DNA from: Heptranchias perlo
Taxonomy: Eukaryota
DNA length: 64,000 nucleotides
Assembly (NCBI RefSeq): GCF_035084215.1
Contig: NC_090343.1
Span: 30,070,001-30,134,000 of the forward strand
Reading direction: 5' to 3'
A program made the translations under genes and the position numbers. Of the stretch, positions 25,600 through 39,291 are shown piece after piece. Position 1 is the stretch's first letter, and each line of letters begins with the position of its first letter. The notes beneath the pieces are model-generated. The model ran no database searches, was not told the origin of the DNA, and was given only the letters and a program-made list of their open reading frames with translations.

Positions 25600-27390
25600 T
25601 TACTCTACAAAATTGGAAATGGCAGATAATTTAGCAAGCAGCTGGAAAGGCTTTAGAAGAATATAGGATAACATTGAAATTGCATCGCATCTTGCCTAGT
25701 GGCAGAAAGATCTCAGAATAGCTACACTGATTACTAGTATTTGCAAAGAGGCACTAAAAATATTTGATGGTCTCTAGTTTGAGACCGATGAAGACAAAAC
25801 TGATGCTGTGTTTACCAAGATAGAGCAATCTGAGACTGAATATTGTCCTGGGGGCTGCTGGAAATTATGAAAGAAACTCACCTGTAAGTATCTTCGAGAT
25901 GCTCCCAGGTCTTGGTGCAAGTCTCAATGCCAGGTTTTTTGGGGTGCCCCTTCATTTCAGTGCCCAATGGGCCAATGAGCAAAGGAAGGCAGGGGAGGGC
26001 AGAGAATTTTGCCTCTTCCTCCCTACCCCCCCCCCCCCCCCCCACCACCATCTTATTACCATCCTTATGCTAAGCCTGCACTACAGCAGGCCCAGTACGG
26101 TCCACAGAGGGGAACCCTGGAAATACTAGAGTAATATGGTGGAGGCAGAGATCGAACTCAGTGGGTCTCCTTTCCCATTTCCTCTTCATGGTGCCTGGGA
26201 ATTGAGCACTCCCTAGGTGCAATAAAAAGGGAAATAACTCTAGATGTAAAACCGAAAAAGGTTTTGAAAACTCTGAAAATGATGATGAAATATTGTGGAA
26301 AACATGATGTCAGAAAGAAAGATGCCTACGTTGTCTGTGTTTGAAAGTGTAAAACTTCCAGAGAAAGTCCCAGAACTCGGAAGAAAGGCAAACTCCAGTT
26401 ACATACTGCAGATAAGCTGTTAGTGAAGTTTGCATTTTCTTGCTTGAAGTTATTGAATCTATAGAAAACCAGTATGCCAACAAATAATATGGCAACATGC
26501 TCAAAAACAACAAGCAATTCAGATTTCGGCTAGACTGTGATACTACTGTCAATGTTTCACCTGAGAATTAATATTGTAGGCTGAAGCAGAGAATTTCAGG
26601 ATTTTATCACTTCACTGCTCCTATTCAACAAGTCAGAAATCCAAACATTGGGAAAAGAAAAGTTAATGTTTAAAAACCCTAAGAACAACAACAACTTGCA
26701 TTTATATAGCACGTTTAACATAGTAAAACACCCCAAGGCTCTTCACAGCGGTGATTATCAAACAAAATTTGACACCGAGCCACATAAGGAGATATTAAGA
26801 CAGGTGACCAAAAGCTTGGTCAAAGAGGTAGATTTTAAGGAGCATCTTAAAGGAGGAGAGAGAGGCGGAGAGATTTAGGGAGGGAATTCCAGAGATTAGG
26901 GCCTAGGCAGCTGAAGGCACGGCTGTCAATGGTGGAGCGAAGAAAATCGTTAAGTAGAGCACTGGATTTTAAATAGCAGCATGTGGATACAGACCTGTTC
27001 TAGGGGCTAGAGTCTTTCAACATATGCAACTTGTAACAGTTTTTTGTTGGCAACACTATCAAATTGAACTAGGATAACATGAAGTTCAAGAAACAAGTAA
27101 AATAAACCAGAGTTTGCAGGGCTTAAAATGCCCCTCCTACCAACAGCAAACAAGTTATCCAGAGAATCCTTGGAACGATTATCCATCTGCATTCATTTGC
27201 TCCAGGGTTGTCAGAGATAACAGCTTTTCTTGTTGATGAGGCGAGGGCACATGGCCGGTGTGGAAAAGCACCATTAACAAGTCTGACTGACCAGACGCAG
27301 AAAATCTTGCCGGGGGACGAGCATGGGACAGAAAGTGAAGCCAGTGACACTGCGATACAGAGCACCGCAGTGTCACCCAGTCTTTGGAGG
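25600..27390 (+). mobile_element. Highly decayed Ty3/Gypsy gag-pol relic
   Basis: My translations: gag NLASSWKGFRR..EIAS..LRIATLITSICKEALKIFDGL (~25620-25830); protease FRLDCDTTVNVSP (~26518); RPVLGA; RT thumb PPTNSKQVIQRILG..FAPGLSEITA (~27130-27225); RNase H start KPVTL (~27338). Confidence 0.75.
26684..26950 (-). mobile_element. L2 3' fragment inserted in the Gypsy relic
   Basis: (CAA)nCTTGCATTTATATAGCAC is the reverse complement of the L2 end at ~8915-8944. Confidence 0.8.
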
Positions 27391-27435
27391 CCTGAAAGTT
27401 AAGTATAATAGTAGCCATATTACTTTTAATTTTAT

Positions 27436-28068
27436 GGGGGCTGAATTTCCACCGATCACGATGCTGGGATTGTGGTCACTGCTGAAAGATTCAGGATTGG
27501 GAGAGGGCATGCAAATTGCATCAGTCTTGGGCATCTGACTAATGGGAAATCAAGTGTCTCCGTCCAGTCTGAGCACTCCCCACCCCAACTAAAAACAGAA
27601 ATTGGTTCTCTAATGGCCGCCTATTGTAAGGGAGCTGCAGTTAGAAAAAGTAGAAAAAAAAGTGTTGCCGTACAATATTTGGCAGTCCTAGCTACTACGT
27701 CCTTAGCATACTGGTCTCCAACTATATGCCAGATCCCTGTGAGCTTGGGGTATTGGAACTGTCTGCTCCAGCCCCACTTTCCCCCTTTATAATAATGGCA
27801 ATGCAGGGATAGGCAGAGGCTCCGCTCCCACAAGGCTGTGCCAGAAACCAAGAGCTAAGGCTGAGAGCTGGCATATCTGGGTCCTGCGGAAGTTACACCA
27901 GGTGGTTAATTTTGACTTTATGCGATAATGTAAAATGGGTGATAGTGAACGGCATCCTGTTTTTACATCTCTCCCGATTTTTATTTCCATTGACCCGTTT
28001 TACACAATTGCACAAAGTCAAAATTGCTCCCCAGGAGTCTGATGGAATAGCCAAGAAATTTCAGCCCC
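27436..28068. mobile_element. Non-autonomous Harbinger-like element with nested palindromic MITE (~27901-28032)
   Basis: TIR GGGGCTGAATTTC...GAAATTTCAGCCCC. Inner MITE arms AATTTTGACTTT.TGC....TGTAAAA.GGGT. Confidence 0.65.
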
Positions 28069-30228
28069 ATTGGGTTTAAAAGTAATACCCAGGTATGACA
28101 ACCAAGCATGTTTGAAATGGTGTGCCAAACTGTAACACCAGAAATAAGTGACAAACAGGAAGTGCATGGTAGATGTAAGACTTTATAATGAGAGAGAAAG
28201 AGAAACTTCAGCAATGTAATTCAAACCTGTAATATTTCTCTGGGCTCAAATGATAAATTTTACATCATCATCTAAATCCCTTTTTGGATTACAATTTACA
28301 ACATGCTTCCACCTTCTGTTCTGCACACATGACCCATGGATTAGGAAAATTCAAACCTCCCTTGTATGTAATGGAATGTGCGCTATACATTGTCACTTGT
28401 GCTTCAGCTTCCTTGCTGAGCTTTTCAGTGTAAGGTTCGATGACTCTATGGGGGAATTGTGATAGTATGTATGCAGTGACATACTGTAATGCCTACAGTG
28501 GTATCAATATTAAAATTTACAATCTTACCATTTATCTTCAGATCTACTTACAAGAATTTATCTGTCGTCATCACATATAATTGACTCTGAAAGAATGACT
28601 CCTGAACCTGTGATTTATCACTACTGATCACTGCTTTAAAAGCTCAATGTGACAGATTATTTCAAAATGCTCCAATTAATTACATCTCTTGCACTTTTGA
28701 TTACATGCTGGAATGTTTATCCTTTTGACTCTGTCTACGATTGCACCGTGCCAAAGCACCGTTTTTGGCTTGGTGGAGCTCTCTCTCCATTTCTTTTCCT
28801 CCATGCACCTCAACCATGGATTTTGCACAACCTCATCTAGTTCTCCAGTTGGCATCTGACCTGCTAACTGGCATTTTATCACCTCCAGAGCACTATGCAA
28901 TTTTGACAGCTGTATCAACAGTCAGGTCTGAACTCATTTATAGCTTCTGTGTTAGGTCTTTGTCAGCAATGTCAATCATAATTCTGTCATGAATCTGCTT
29001 ATTTTGCTTGACCAAAATTCATTTTTCAGTTGGTTCACGGGGAAATTTCAAATGATGCTACAGTTTCTCCTGCTTTCTGACAATGCTGGTAGAAGAGAAA
29101 TCTTATCATAAATTAAGGAGGCTTTGGAACAAGATTTTCATGGTCTAGAACCATGACAAAGCTTCACAAAGAAGACAGTGATGTATAGATTAGTACTTCT
29201 TTGCATGCTGACTCTAATAATGGCTCAGCTGAAGTTAAAACATTATGGTGAGTTAAATGTAGATATGCTGAGACATTCTGTTCTCCACAGTACAGTTTTA
29301 GACTGTACTACTATCACAGAGCTCTATGAACTTCTGGCAGTAAATGTCTCTCTCTTCCTCTATCTCTCTTACCAGAAGCTTCTCTCTTCACACAGACATT
29401 TCATTAGTAATCTCTAATTCTCTTAAAATGAAATTATTAGTCAGCACTTATTAAAATAAATGAAGATTAAAAATGGCAGCTGTACAACACGCTTCACTGT
29501 AAGGCTCCTAGTGTGAATTTCAAAATACAGTGTCATCCTGCCATTCAGGTAGATGTTTCACTTTCTCTACAAGTTTGGCTCTTGACCCAAACTCTCGACC
29601 TTTCCCATAGATCGTTTGCAGAGGACTTTTTTTTTAAAATTGCCTAAATACCATGTTTTGTTCTTCAAGCATTGTCCAGCACTCCGACCATGAACAGTGG
29701 CTCCTTCACTGGCTAGATGATGAGGTGCCAATATCAGCAAAAGAGGAAAAACCCTGCCACAAACAACAGACAAGAGGACCATGATACTTTGAAACTTTTT
29801 CTGGGTGTGATCGCACCAGATCAACCCTGAACCACCTCTGACTGTATTCAGGATTTTCTTTTCTTAACCACCAGTAGATCCTGGACTCCTTTGACCACTA
29901 TCTTGCCTTGTTCTGTGTTCACCATTCTCGATGAAATATATCACCAGACTTGCAGTCATGCACAAGTCAGCTGGTTTGTACATGCATCACAAGACCACTT
30001 CTCTATATCCATTGCCCCAGACCTGAGACCCCACTCCCCCAGTTTACTGTCCTTTGAACTGAACTGTCCCTGCCTCCTTCTCCCATTCCTCTTCTTGGTC
30101 TTTCGAAGGTGATATAAACAGACAGTTAGTAAAGTTTAAGAAAAAAAATCAACTGATTCATTTGTCTTACCAAAATAAAATATTTCATTAGTTTAATTTT
30201 ATCTTAACAGTCTCTTTGAAATCGAAAG

Positions 30229-30678
30229 GAAGAACTTGCATTTCTAAAGCATCTTTCATGATCTAAGGATATCCCAAAGCGATTCACAGCCAAGTGTGAA
30301 GTGTAGACTGTTGTAATGCAGGGAAATGCGGCAGTCAATTTGTGCTCGGCAAGGTCCCACAAACAGCAATGAGATAAAATACAAGTTAATCTGTTTTTTT
30401 TAGTGATGTTGGTTGAGGGATGACTATTGCACAGGACACCAGGAGAAATTCCCTGCTCTTTGAGAGGTGCCACGGGATCTTTTACGACACCACAGACAGC
30501 AGATAGGGCCTTGTTTAAGGTCTCATCCAAAAGACAAAACTTCCAACACTGCAGTACTCCCTCAGAACTGCACTGCAGTGTTAGCTCCTGGTACATGCCC
30601 AATCTCTGGAGTGTGGCTTGAATCCACACCATTCTAATTCAGAAGTGAGATTGCTACTGCTGAGCCAAGGCTGACACC
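30229..30678 (-). mobile_element. tRNA-derived SINE (SacSINE1/DeuSINE-like)
   Basis: Reverse-complement homolog of 37388-37856 with L2-type tail. Family name recalled from the consensus, not searched. Confidence 0.8.
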
Positions 30679-30844
30679 ATGAATATTAGCTATCTTTGTC
30701 TGTCTTGTTGAGAACAGGAAAGCTCTTGTCACTAAATTAGGTATATATATATATATATATGAAAAAAAATTACAATTCTGACGTGTGAGAAGATAAGACC
30801 AACTTTGTTTTTGGACTTCCATCGGTCATTGTCATTGTCTTCTC

Positions 30845-31560
30845 ATAAGGAGTAGGCCATTCAGCCGTTCAAGCCTGTTTCACCATTCAATTAGATCGTG
30901 GCTGATCTGTACCTCAACTCCTTTGTTCCATATCCCCTGAAACCCTTACCTAACAAAAATCTAGCTATCTCAGTCTTGAAAATTTTATTTGACCCCCAGC
31001 ATCTACTGCCTTTAGAGGACCAGATTCCAGATTTCCATTACCTTTCGTTTGAAAATGTTCTTCCTGAATTCACTCCTAAATGGCCTAGCTCTAATTTTAA
31101 GATTATGCCCTTCTGTTCTGGATTCCCCCACCAGAGGAAATAACTTTTTTGTATCTACCCTATCGAATCCCTTAATAATTTTAATACCGCAACCATCTAA
31201 ATTCAAGGGAGTACAAGCCAAGTTTATGCAACCTGTCTGCATGATTTAATCCTTTAAGCCCTGATAATCATTCCGGTGAATCTGTGCAGTACCCCTTCCA
31301 AGGCCAATATATCTTTCCTGAGGTTTGGTGCCCAAAGCTGAGTGTCATGCTCCAGATGGGGTCTGACCAAGGTTCCGTACAACTGAAGCATCACTTCCTC
31401 ACTTTTGAATTCCAACCTCCTTGAAATAAAGGCCAATATTCCATTAACCTTTTTGATTACTTTTTGTACCTGTGCACTAGCTTTTAGTGATTTGTGTTCA
31501 TGAACACCTAAATCCCTTTGTTCCTCCACAGTTCCTAGTCTCTCACCATTAAGAGAATAA
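30845..31560 (-). mobile_element. CR1 3' fragment
   Basis: QRDLGV, LYGTLVRPHLE, RTEGHNLK motifs. Tail at ~30845. Confidence 0.88.
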
Positions 31561-32025
31561 AGGAAAAAAACTAAAGAGAACAATATTTCACATTCCTCTT
31601 TCCGAAGTTAAAAATTTAATCAATACATTAAGCACAATATATATAAAGTGCACTTTGTTAAAAATTATCTTTACAAAGAACACATTATCTGCAAAGAATT
31701 GTGATAGTCTTGTGTTATATCTATATAATTGCACATTGTCTGAAATAATTATATTATGGCTCCATTACCCAACCTTTGATTTGACTTTCTTTTTTTCACT
31801 GACTAAATATATGCCAATTTTCATACTACCAGAGCTCTGGTACATTTTCCCAATGCGAGTAAATCATTTGCTCATTTATAATGTTGAAAACTACACTTTG
31901 AATGCAAAGGAAAACCATCTGTCACAATTAACTATCGAGATAATGCTGTTTGTCCTACTGATACCACCTTGTTCTTGTTGAGGCTTGATTCACCATGGTG
32001 ATGTTCCTTTTTCTATATGTCTCAA

Positions 32026-32475
32026 GGTGTCAGCCTTGACTCAGTTGTCGCACTCTTGCCTCTGAGTCAGAAAGTTTTTGGTTCAGGCCCCACTCCAGGT
32101 ATTTGAGTACATAATCTTGGCTGTAATGAGGGCGTCCTGTATTATTACTGGTGCTGTCTTTTGGATGAGACATTAAACTGAGGCCTTATCCGCCTTCTTA
32201 GGAGATGTAAAAGATCCTATGCCAGTATTTGAAGAGGAGCAGGGGAGCTGTCCTGGCCAATAGTTATCCATTAACTAACATCACCAAAATAGATTATCTC
32301 ATCATTTATTTCATTGCTATTTAAGGGACCTGGCTGTGCGCAAATTGGCTGTCATGTTTTCCTATATTACAACAGTGACTACACTTCAAAAGTAATTTGT
32401 TGACTGTGAAGTGCTTTAAGATAGCCCGAGGTCATGAAAGGCATTATATAAATTCAAGTTCGTCGGTCTTTCTTT
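32026..32475 (+). mobile_element. SacSINE1/DeuSINE-like SINE
   Basis: A/B-box head (TGACTCAGTTG, GGTTCAGGCCC), body homologous to 37388-37856. Confidence 0.8.
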
Positions 32476-33519
32476 TCATATTTCCAGGTGTTCGGCTATG
32501 TGTGTAAGTGTCACAGGTATAGCTTGCCACTGACTGTTTTTGCAATGAATAATTAAGCAGAATTAGTAGAATGTACAGATCTTCTAAGCATCTCTTTGTC
32601 TATCAGCCCTCTATGGATGAAATTCTGAACAGTTAAGACACTGTTCTGATGAGAGGAGGATGGGAAGGTAATGTGATGCTGGTAACATGATGATGGCATC
32701 AGCTCATTCTTACTGAGTAGCAACATGATAAAATAACTTGTTTACAAAGACGCTACACATGACAACTGGAATACAGAACTGTAAAACTGACAGCACAGAA
32801 GGCGGTTTTTCAGCTCATTATGCCTGTGCCAGTGCTAACTCTTCAACTGGAGCTAATCCCATTACCCGATCTTTACCCATTTCCTTTAAAATTCTTTGTT
32901 TTCAAATACTTCCCCAATTCCCTTTTAAATGATGTTATTGTCTCTGACTCAGTCACTCATGTTCATTCGTGTTCAGTATAGAATGGGGAGCCAGGGGTGG
33001 GCATTTCTACACGGGGAATTGCCACATCTCTAGCCTCTCGGTAACTAAGCAGATCACTGGCTACCAAGTGTACCAACCCACCAAATGGTGGTGGTGGGGC
33101 CCACCTGGTGATCAAGTCTTGGGTCATGGCCTGGACCCCAAAACAGCTAAATTTAAAAATAAAATTTGGTCCCCTTACAAAGGATCCAAGGGAATACCTC
33201 TTACCTCTTTCTGAGAGGGGCATCTATCACTCAACTGCCCCCACTCCCCTGGACCCAGCAGCCAACACTGCAATTTGAGCCTTACTTTGGTGGGCAAGCA
33301 CTCCAGATGCAATCCTAGTGGCTCAGACAAATGTTATTGGCATGCAAAGGAGAGAACTGCCACCTGACCCCGGAAAGTCGTCTTGTATCAATGGCAGAGG
33401 TTGCTGGCGGGCACATCCCAGCACTTTCGCAGGGATGCAGCTTTCTTCAGCCCCCTTCCCGTTTAGCGTATTTTTTGTCCAAATCTTTTCCTCAAAATTT
33501 AACGTCACTTTTTTTTGCA

Positions 33520-34860
33520 TCATACTGTATCTACCACCTGTCTGCCCACTCTGCTAATTTGTTTATGGCCTGTTGCATTCTTTCTCACGCTTTGCCATGA
33601 CTTCTAATTTGATATCAGCAGGAAATTTCAAAATCTTTGTCAAACTTCAATATCATTCTTTTTTGTGTTTATGCTAAATCATTCATGGAAATGGATAACA
33701 AGAGGTCCCAGCACAAATCCTTGGGGCACTACCCACATCCTGTCATTCCAAAAGATACATGCGTACTGCTACTTTTTGCTTTTGTCCTCAGCCTTCCGTC
33801 TATTAATTCCCCTAAATACAGTATACTTCAGCTTTTGTTACCTGACTCATATGTGGTAACTGATCAAATGCCATCTACAACATTCATCACATTCCCTTTA
33901 TCTATCAACTACGTTTTAGACAAGCATGACAAACCCTTTATATCGCCATGCTGATTGTTTCTGATTAGTCCATACAACTGAAGTAAGAATAATTAGCATG
34001 CAATTTCCTGTCTTTCCCTTTTTATTTTTATTTTCTTTTTCTTGAACGGGGTATAACATTTCCACCTAAAATCCTTTGGCACAATTTCCATTTCCAAAGA
34101 TCTTTGTATAATTATGTTTGGTGGTTTGTTGTCTCTTTCCCTCCCTTAACCTTCTTCAGTATTCAGGAATGCATACTGTCTGTCTCTGGTGACTTTTTTC
34201 TATTTTTAGTCCTATTTGCTTTCTTAATAAGTATCCTTTTGAATACTTATCTCCAGTAATGGCTCTTCCACATCTCCCTTGGGTACTCCTATTTTGATCT
34301 TCATTAGAGTTTTCATCTGTATTATCTATCAATATACATCAATCTGTATTATCCCCCCTTATATCAATCACGTGCCTCTTCTTTTTTTTACAAAAGAAAA
34401 TGTTTTTACTCTAATTTTTCTATTTATCCATTGAACTCCTCCTTTGACATTATACTTTACTTGTAGTCACAATGTATTTAATGTGTATCTTATCCATCTT
34501 GTTATTAAATATCTCCCAGTTAGCTATATGATCGGCCATTTTTCCCAATCAATTAGCCTGAGGTTGCCTCTGAAATTAGCTCATTTCCCAGTCAACATCC
34601 TTATGTTGGATTCCTCTTCTTCTTTATTTATAGTAAACCTAATTAGTTATTGACAATATTTCCCAACTATTCTCTGACTTTCAGGTCTCTTACTTTTCTT
34701 TCTTTAGTTTCCAGAACTTGATCCAGCACTGCATTCTTCCTTGTAGGGCATCCAATATACAGTTAAAGAAAACAATTCTGGATGCATTCCAAGAACTCCT
34801 CACACTTTGACCATGTATTTAATAGCGAGCTAATTATTTAAATCAGCCCAATCAACATTT
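33520..34860 (-). mobile_element. Very old CR1 ORF2 fragments
   Basis: Degenerate PQG..LGP (rc at ~33705-33730) and APE-like remnants. Confidence 0.55.
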
Positions 34861-36642
34861 GCAAAACTGCCAGTTAAAAATTATAATTTAAAAACTTACT
34901 GCAGTTTGGGTCAAACTCCTTCTAATCACTGAGCTGCCATTTCACTCTCTCAACTTTTGCCCCCACAAATTTAAGAATCTGGTTTGAAGATTTCCTCTGT
35001 TCTCCACTTGTAGCAAAATTGTGAGTGTGTTCTTTGTACATGAGTTTATAATCTTGCTACAAAAATAAAGGAAATCTTCCCTGAGGATTCAAAAATGTTA
35101 TGGTAATACTAGAAGCATGCTTGCCTATCTGCTAGACCAGACTGCCAGCTCCTTTGTAAGCAGGAATTTCTGGTGTGCAAAATAGTAATGATCCATTCTT
35201 TTTAAGTTGTTGTGGCTTTGGTGGTTTCTTGTAGGGGGGATGATTCTTTGAGGCCTTATAAGGAGGAGTCTTACCATTAGTAATCCTTTCAATAGGCAAA
35301 GGTTATCATTTATTTTCTCTCTATTGATTCATTTTTTAAAGAAAACCCTTTTTTATGTTGAATAAGTGCTAATGAGATCATTGGGAATACTGGGACAAAG
35401 AAGTTACAGCCTGACAGTAAGACTTTGGACTCATGCAAGTCAAGCCCCTGGTGATATAATTAGCATTCATTGTTTAAACGGAACGATTCAAAGATCTATA
35501 GGTATAAACTAGAAAAAACATGTTAAAATTAATCACAAACCTTTATAATGGTTTGATATTTAGAGACCCTAATTATGAGATTTTTTTTCACTGGATTTTC
35601 TTTATCACAATTTGATAATATGACAGAGTTTATGTCCAAAACTAGATATAAGAAACTGGTTGAAAGAATCTGAAAAAAAATCTACTTTTTTTCTTTACAA
35701 TTATTACAGTGCAAATGTCTGAAAATAATTAAAATATGCAATAGTTTTACATATTTTTGTATGAAGCATAGATTTATTATTCTCCTGTGCTGTTGGATTT
35801 TTTTATGCTTTGTGATGTCTTTCACTTTATTGTGCTCCTGGGCTCCCCTGTCCAGCCTACCGAGCAGTGTACAAAATGGGATTCATAAAAAAAAGTAATA
35901 AAACAGATAAATAACGTTACAAAAAAAAATTCAGCTCCAGCTATTTTCCATTTATATTTCCTCAATGAATCGTATAAAGTGGGTCCATGTTAGTATCGTC
36001 ATTGCAGGGAAGACTGCAACTCTATATCTAATGGTTCCTGCTTGTACTATCACAGTCCATCTCGAGCTGTTACAATGCCACATGAAGCATAGCAAAAAAA
36101 CTGATGCATTGAACAGTTCATTAAGTACAAATTTTCATTTCATATCACCTTCTTGATTTGCACAGACTCTTTCTAGGGGACTTACTCTGAATATCTTCTT
36201 TAGAATAATTCCCTTTCCAGCTAGCCGTTTCACTGTGACTCGTTAATGCATCATTTACTCAGCCATGTAGAATAGTTATTATGGGAGATTGCTTATACTT
36301 TCACCTCAATTTACTTTTTTGTTAAAAATTGCTAAATGGCTCTCAATCCTTATACTTTTAAATTATGTAGACCATATGGCATTCCTGCTCTTCCTCAAAC
36401 AGCAGCAATGCAGAACTAATTGAGTTATTTGTACTAACTACCGTGGCAGACATGAATAATCTGCTCTCCGTAAAATATCACAGATGAAACATTTCCTGCT
36501 GTGTATGGCAAGGGTGAGCCGTTTCTTAACTTCATCTGTTTGTATACAATGTTAGTCTTCACTAAGGGTTTGTCTACCTCAAATGGGTAAGAATCGAAAA
36601 AGAAATGACATATGGCATGGGACTGTATTTTCACTGTCCAAA

Positions 36643-37205
36643 GAACTTGCATATTTATATAGCATTTTTCACATCCTCAGGATATCCCAAATATAGCCAA
36701 TGAATTACTTTTGAAGAGAAGTCACTGTTGTTTTGTAAGCAAAGGTGGAAGCCAATTTGTACACAACGAGGTTCCACAAAGAGCAATGAGATGATCTGTT
36801 GTTGGTTGAGGGATAAATACTGCCCAGAATACTTGACAAGCTCCCCTGCTCTTCTTCAAATAGTGCTATGGAATCTATTATGAGAGGGCAGATGGGGGGG
36901 GGGATGGGTCATTTTTAATTTATCACTGGAGCGTAAAACCGGCATTGCGAAGTCGGCACCCATATTAGAAATTGCCCATTTTCTATTGTGCCCTTTCTAT
37001 AATGGGTGCCTGACCCACAATACCAGTTTTACACCCTGGGTCTCAGTTTAACATCTCATCCAAAAGACAGCACCTTGGACAATCTAACACTCTCTCTGTA
37101 CTACACCGAATTGTTAGCTTAGATTATGTACTCAAGTCCTGGTGTGGGCTTGAACCCACAACCTTCTGTCTCAGATGTGAAACTGCTACCAACTCAGCAA
37201 GGTTT
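36643..37205 (-). mobile_element. SacSINE1-like SINE interrupted by a palindromic MITE (~36905-37040)
   Basis: Tail AACTTGCATATTTATATAGC, head rc at ~37140-37205. Insert has arms GTAAAACCGGCATTGCG / CACAATACCAGTTTTAC. Confidence 0.75.
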
Positions 37206-37299
37206 AACCCTTCTAACACCATGAATCTCATTCCAAGTTTGAATGAAATGCTTTGAAGAAGTCATAGACCTATAAAATGAATTGCATTGTTATTTTACT

Positions 37300-37387
37300 T
37301 TTCCTACTTTACAACAGTGACTACACTTCAAAAGTACTTCTTCATTGGCTGTAAAGCACTTTAGGACATCCTGTGGTTGTGAAAGGT
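37300..37387 (+). mobile_element. 3' fragment of a SacSINE1-like SINE
   Basis: ACAACAGTGACTACACTTCAAAA...TTGGCTGTAAAGC matches 37750-37825. Confidence 0.75.
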
Positions 37388-37856
37388 GCCAGCCATGGCT
37401 CAGTGGTAGCACTCTCCCCTCTGAGTCAGAAGGTTGTGGGTTGAAGTCCCATTCCGGAGACTTGAGCACAAAATCTAGGCTGACGCTTAGCTACAGTACT
37501 GAAGGAGTTCTGCAATGTCGGAGGGGCCGTCCTTCGAATGAGACTTTAAACCGAGGTCCCGTTGCCCTCTCAGGTGGATGTGAAAGATCCCATGGCACTA
37601 TTTTGAAGAAGAGCAGGGGAGTTCTCTCCCGTGTCCTGGCCAATATTTATCCCTCAACCAACGGCACTAGTACTGAATATCTGGTCATTTTCTCATTGCT
37701 GTTTGTGGGACTTTGCTGTGTGCAAATTGGCTGCCGCATTTCCTACATTACAACAGTGACTACACTTCAAAAAAACTATTTAATTGGCTGTAAAGCGCTT
37801 TGGGATGTCCTGAGGTCGTGAAAGGCACTATATAAATGCAAGTCTTTTCTTCTTTT
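37388..37856 (+). mobile_element. Full-length SacSINE1/DeuSINE-like SINE
   Basis: A box TGGCTCAGTGG, B box GGTTGAAGTCCC, conserved body, L2-type 3' end TATATAAATGCAAGTCTTT. Confidence 0.88.
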
Positions 37857-37928
37857 ATAAATTACAAGGCTTTCTTTTTGTTTGTGTAATCAATAGGATT
37901 TTGGATTTGTCGGAAAATTTATGTAAGA

Positions 37929-38088
37929 CGTAACAAAAACAAAATACTGCGAATGCTGGAAATCTGAAATAAAAACAGAAAATGCTGGAAACACTCAGCA
38001 GGTCAGGCAGCATCTGTGGCGAGAGAAACAAAGTTAACATTTCAAGTCGATGCTGCCTGACCTGCTGAATGTTTCCAGCATTTTCTAT
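37929..38088. mobile_element. Second Penelope-like inverted pseudo-LTR remnant
   Basis: Inverted repeat AGAAAATGCTGGAAACACTCAGCAGGTCAGGCAGCATC / GATGCTGCCTGACCTGCTGAATGTTTCCAGCATTTTCT. TSD TTTATGTAAGA at 37918-37928 and 38089-38099. Confidence 0.75.
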
Positions 38089-39291
38089 TTTATGTAAGAA
38101 GTACATGTGACAAAATAACATTCCATGAGAATTTAAAATTGAACAGAGATTTGTCCTTTTTAGCTGATATAAAAACTATATTAAATCAGTAAAGAGAACT
38201 TTAATGAGGCATAATCGCTTGGTAAGTAAATTGCAAGACACTTTACCATGTTTGTATATAAAAATGCATGATGTGATAAGACATTGGGTCATTTTTGTAC
38301 TCACTTATATAAATTTTTAGTTTTAAAACAATGAATATTAAAACGTGCATATTGTTCCTGGCTGTGTTTGGAACTGAATTTACCTGAAAATTCCCCAATA
38401 ACATAACAATAGAGTCTACTTTTGTAAAGGCAAACCATTTATGTATGTTACAATCTTGGAAGATTAAATGCTTGTCTTGAACATAATATTATGACTGGTA
38501 ACATGTGGAAAGGACTTAACACACCAATGAATTTTATAATTAGAATTTATTCACCTACAAGAATTACGGTGATGCATATAAATGTTGTATGACATAGTCA
38601 TCTTTTCTCATTGATTGCTGTATTAAATCTGAAATAAAGTCTAAGGTAATTAACTTGTAACAAATCATCATGAAATCAATAAAATATTAATTTAAAGAAC
38701 AAGTTCTACAAGTATAATTTATACGAATCACAACTTAGTGTTGTAATGATTGTTGTGATGAATTTCAAATAATAATTGGTTTTTAACTTATCATGGAAAT
38801 AGATTTGGGAGTCACTTTTCAGTTTAATATCACAATTCCAATCATTAACACTCAACATTTTTCCAAAAAAAATGTGGTGCTTAAGAGGATAATTTTCTTG
38901 TATATAAGAAGGCTTTGATAATGAACAACAAATGAGGCAACAAATGCTGGAAAATGCTCTGATCCTGATTGAGGAGAATGCTTCTGTTTTGGGGAATTAA
39001 GCTGGACGCAATGCAAAATTGTAGAGGATGCGTCCATTTTTACAAGACCATTTTCAGAAACTTACTCAAAGCTTCACTGTGGCATGAAATTAAACACCAC
39101 TTAAAATATGTATCAATGAGCATACACATACTTACATGTGTCAGCCTTGGCTCAGTAGTAGCATTGTTGTGCCTGAATTAGAAAGTGGCAGGTTCAAGCC
39201 ACTCTTAGAGTATATCTTCTCCCTTCTTTATTTCTCTGCCTCTTTCTCTCTTTCTCTTCCCCCTCCCCCCTCCACTTATCAGGGAGAGGAT

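Noticed and set aside
27135-27395. Apparent minus-strand exon with acceptor and donor
   Set aside because: Better explained as plus-strand Gypsy RT/RNase H remnants.
37345-37821. 158-aa ORF
   Set aside because: Lies entirely within SINE sequence; a chance open frame.
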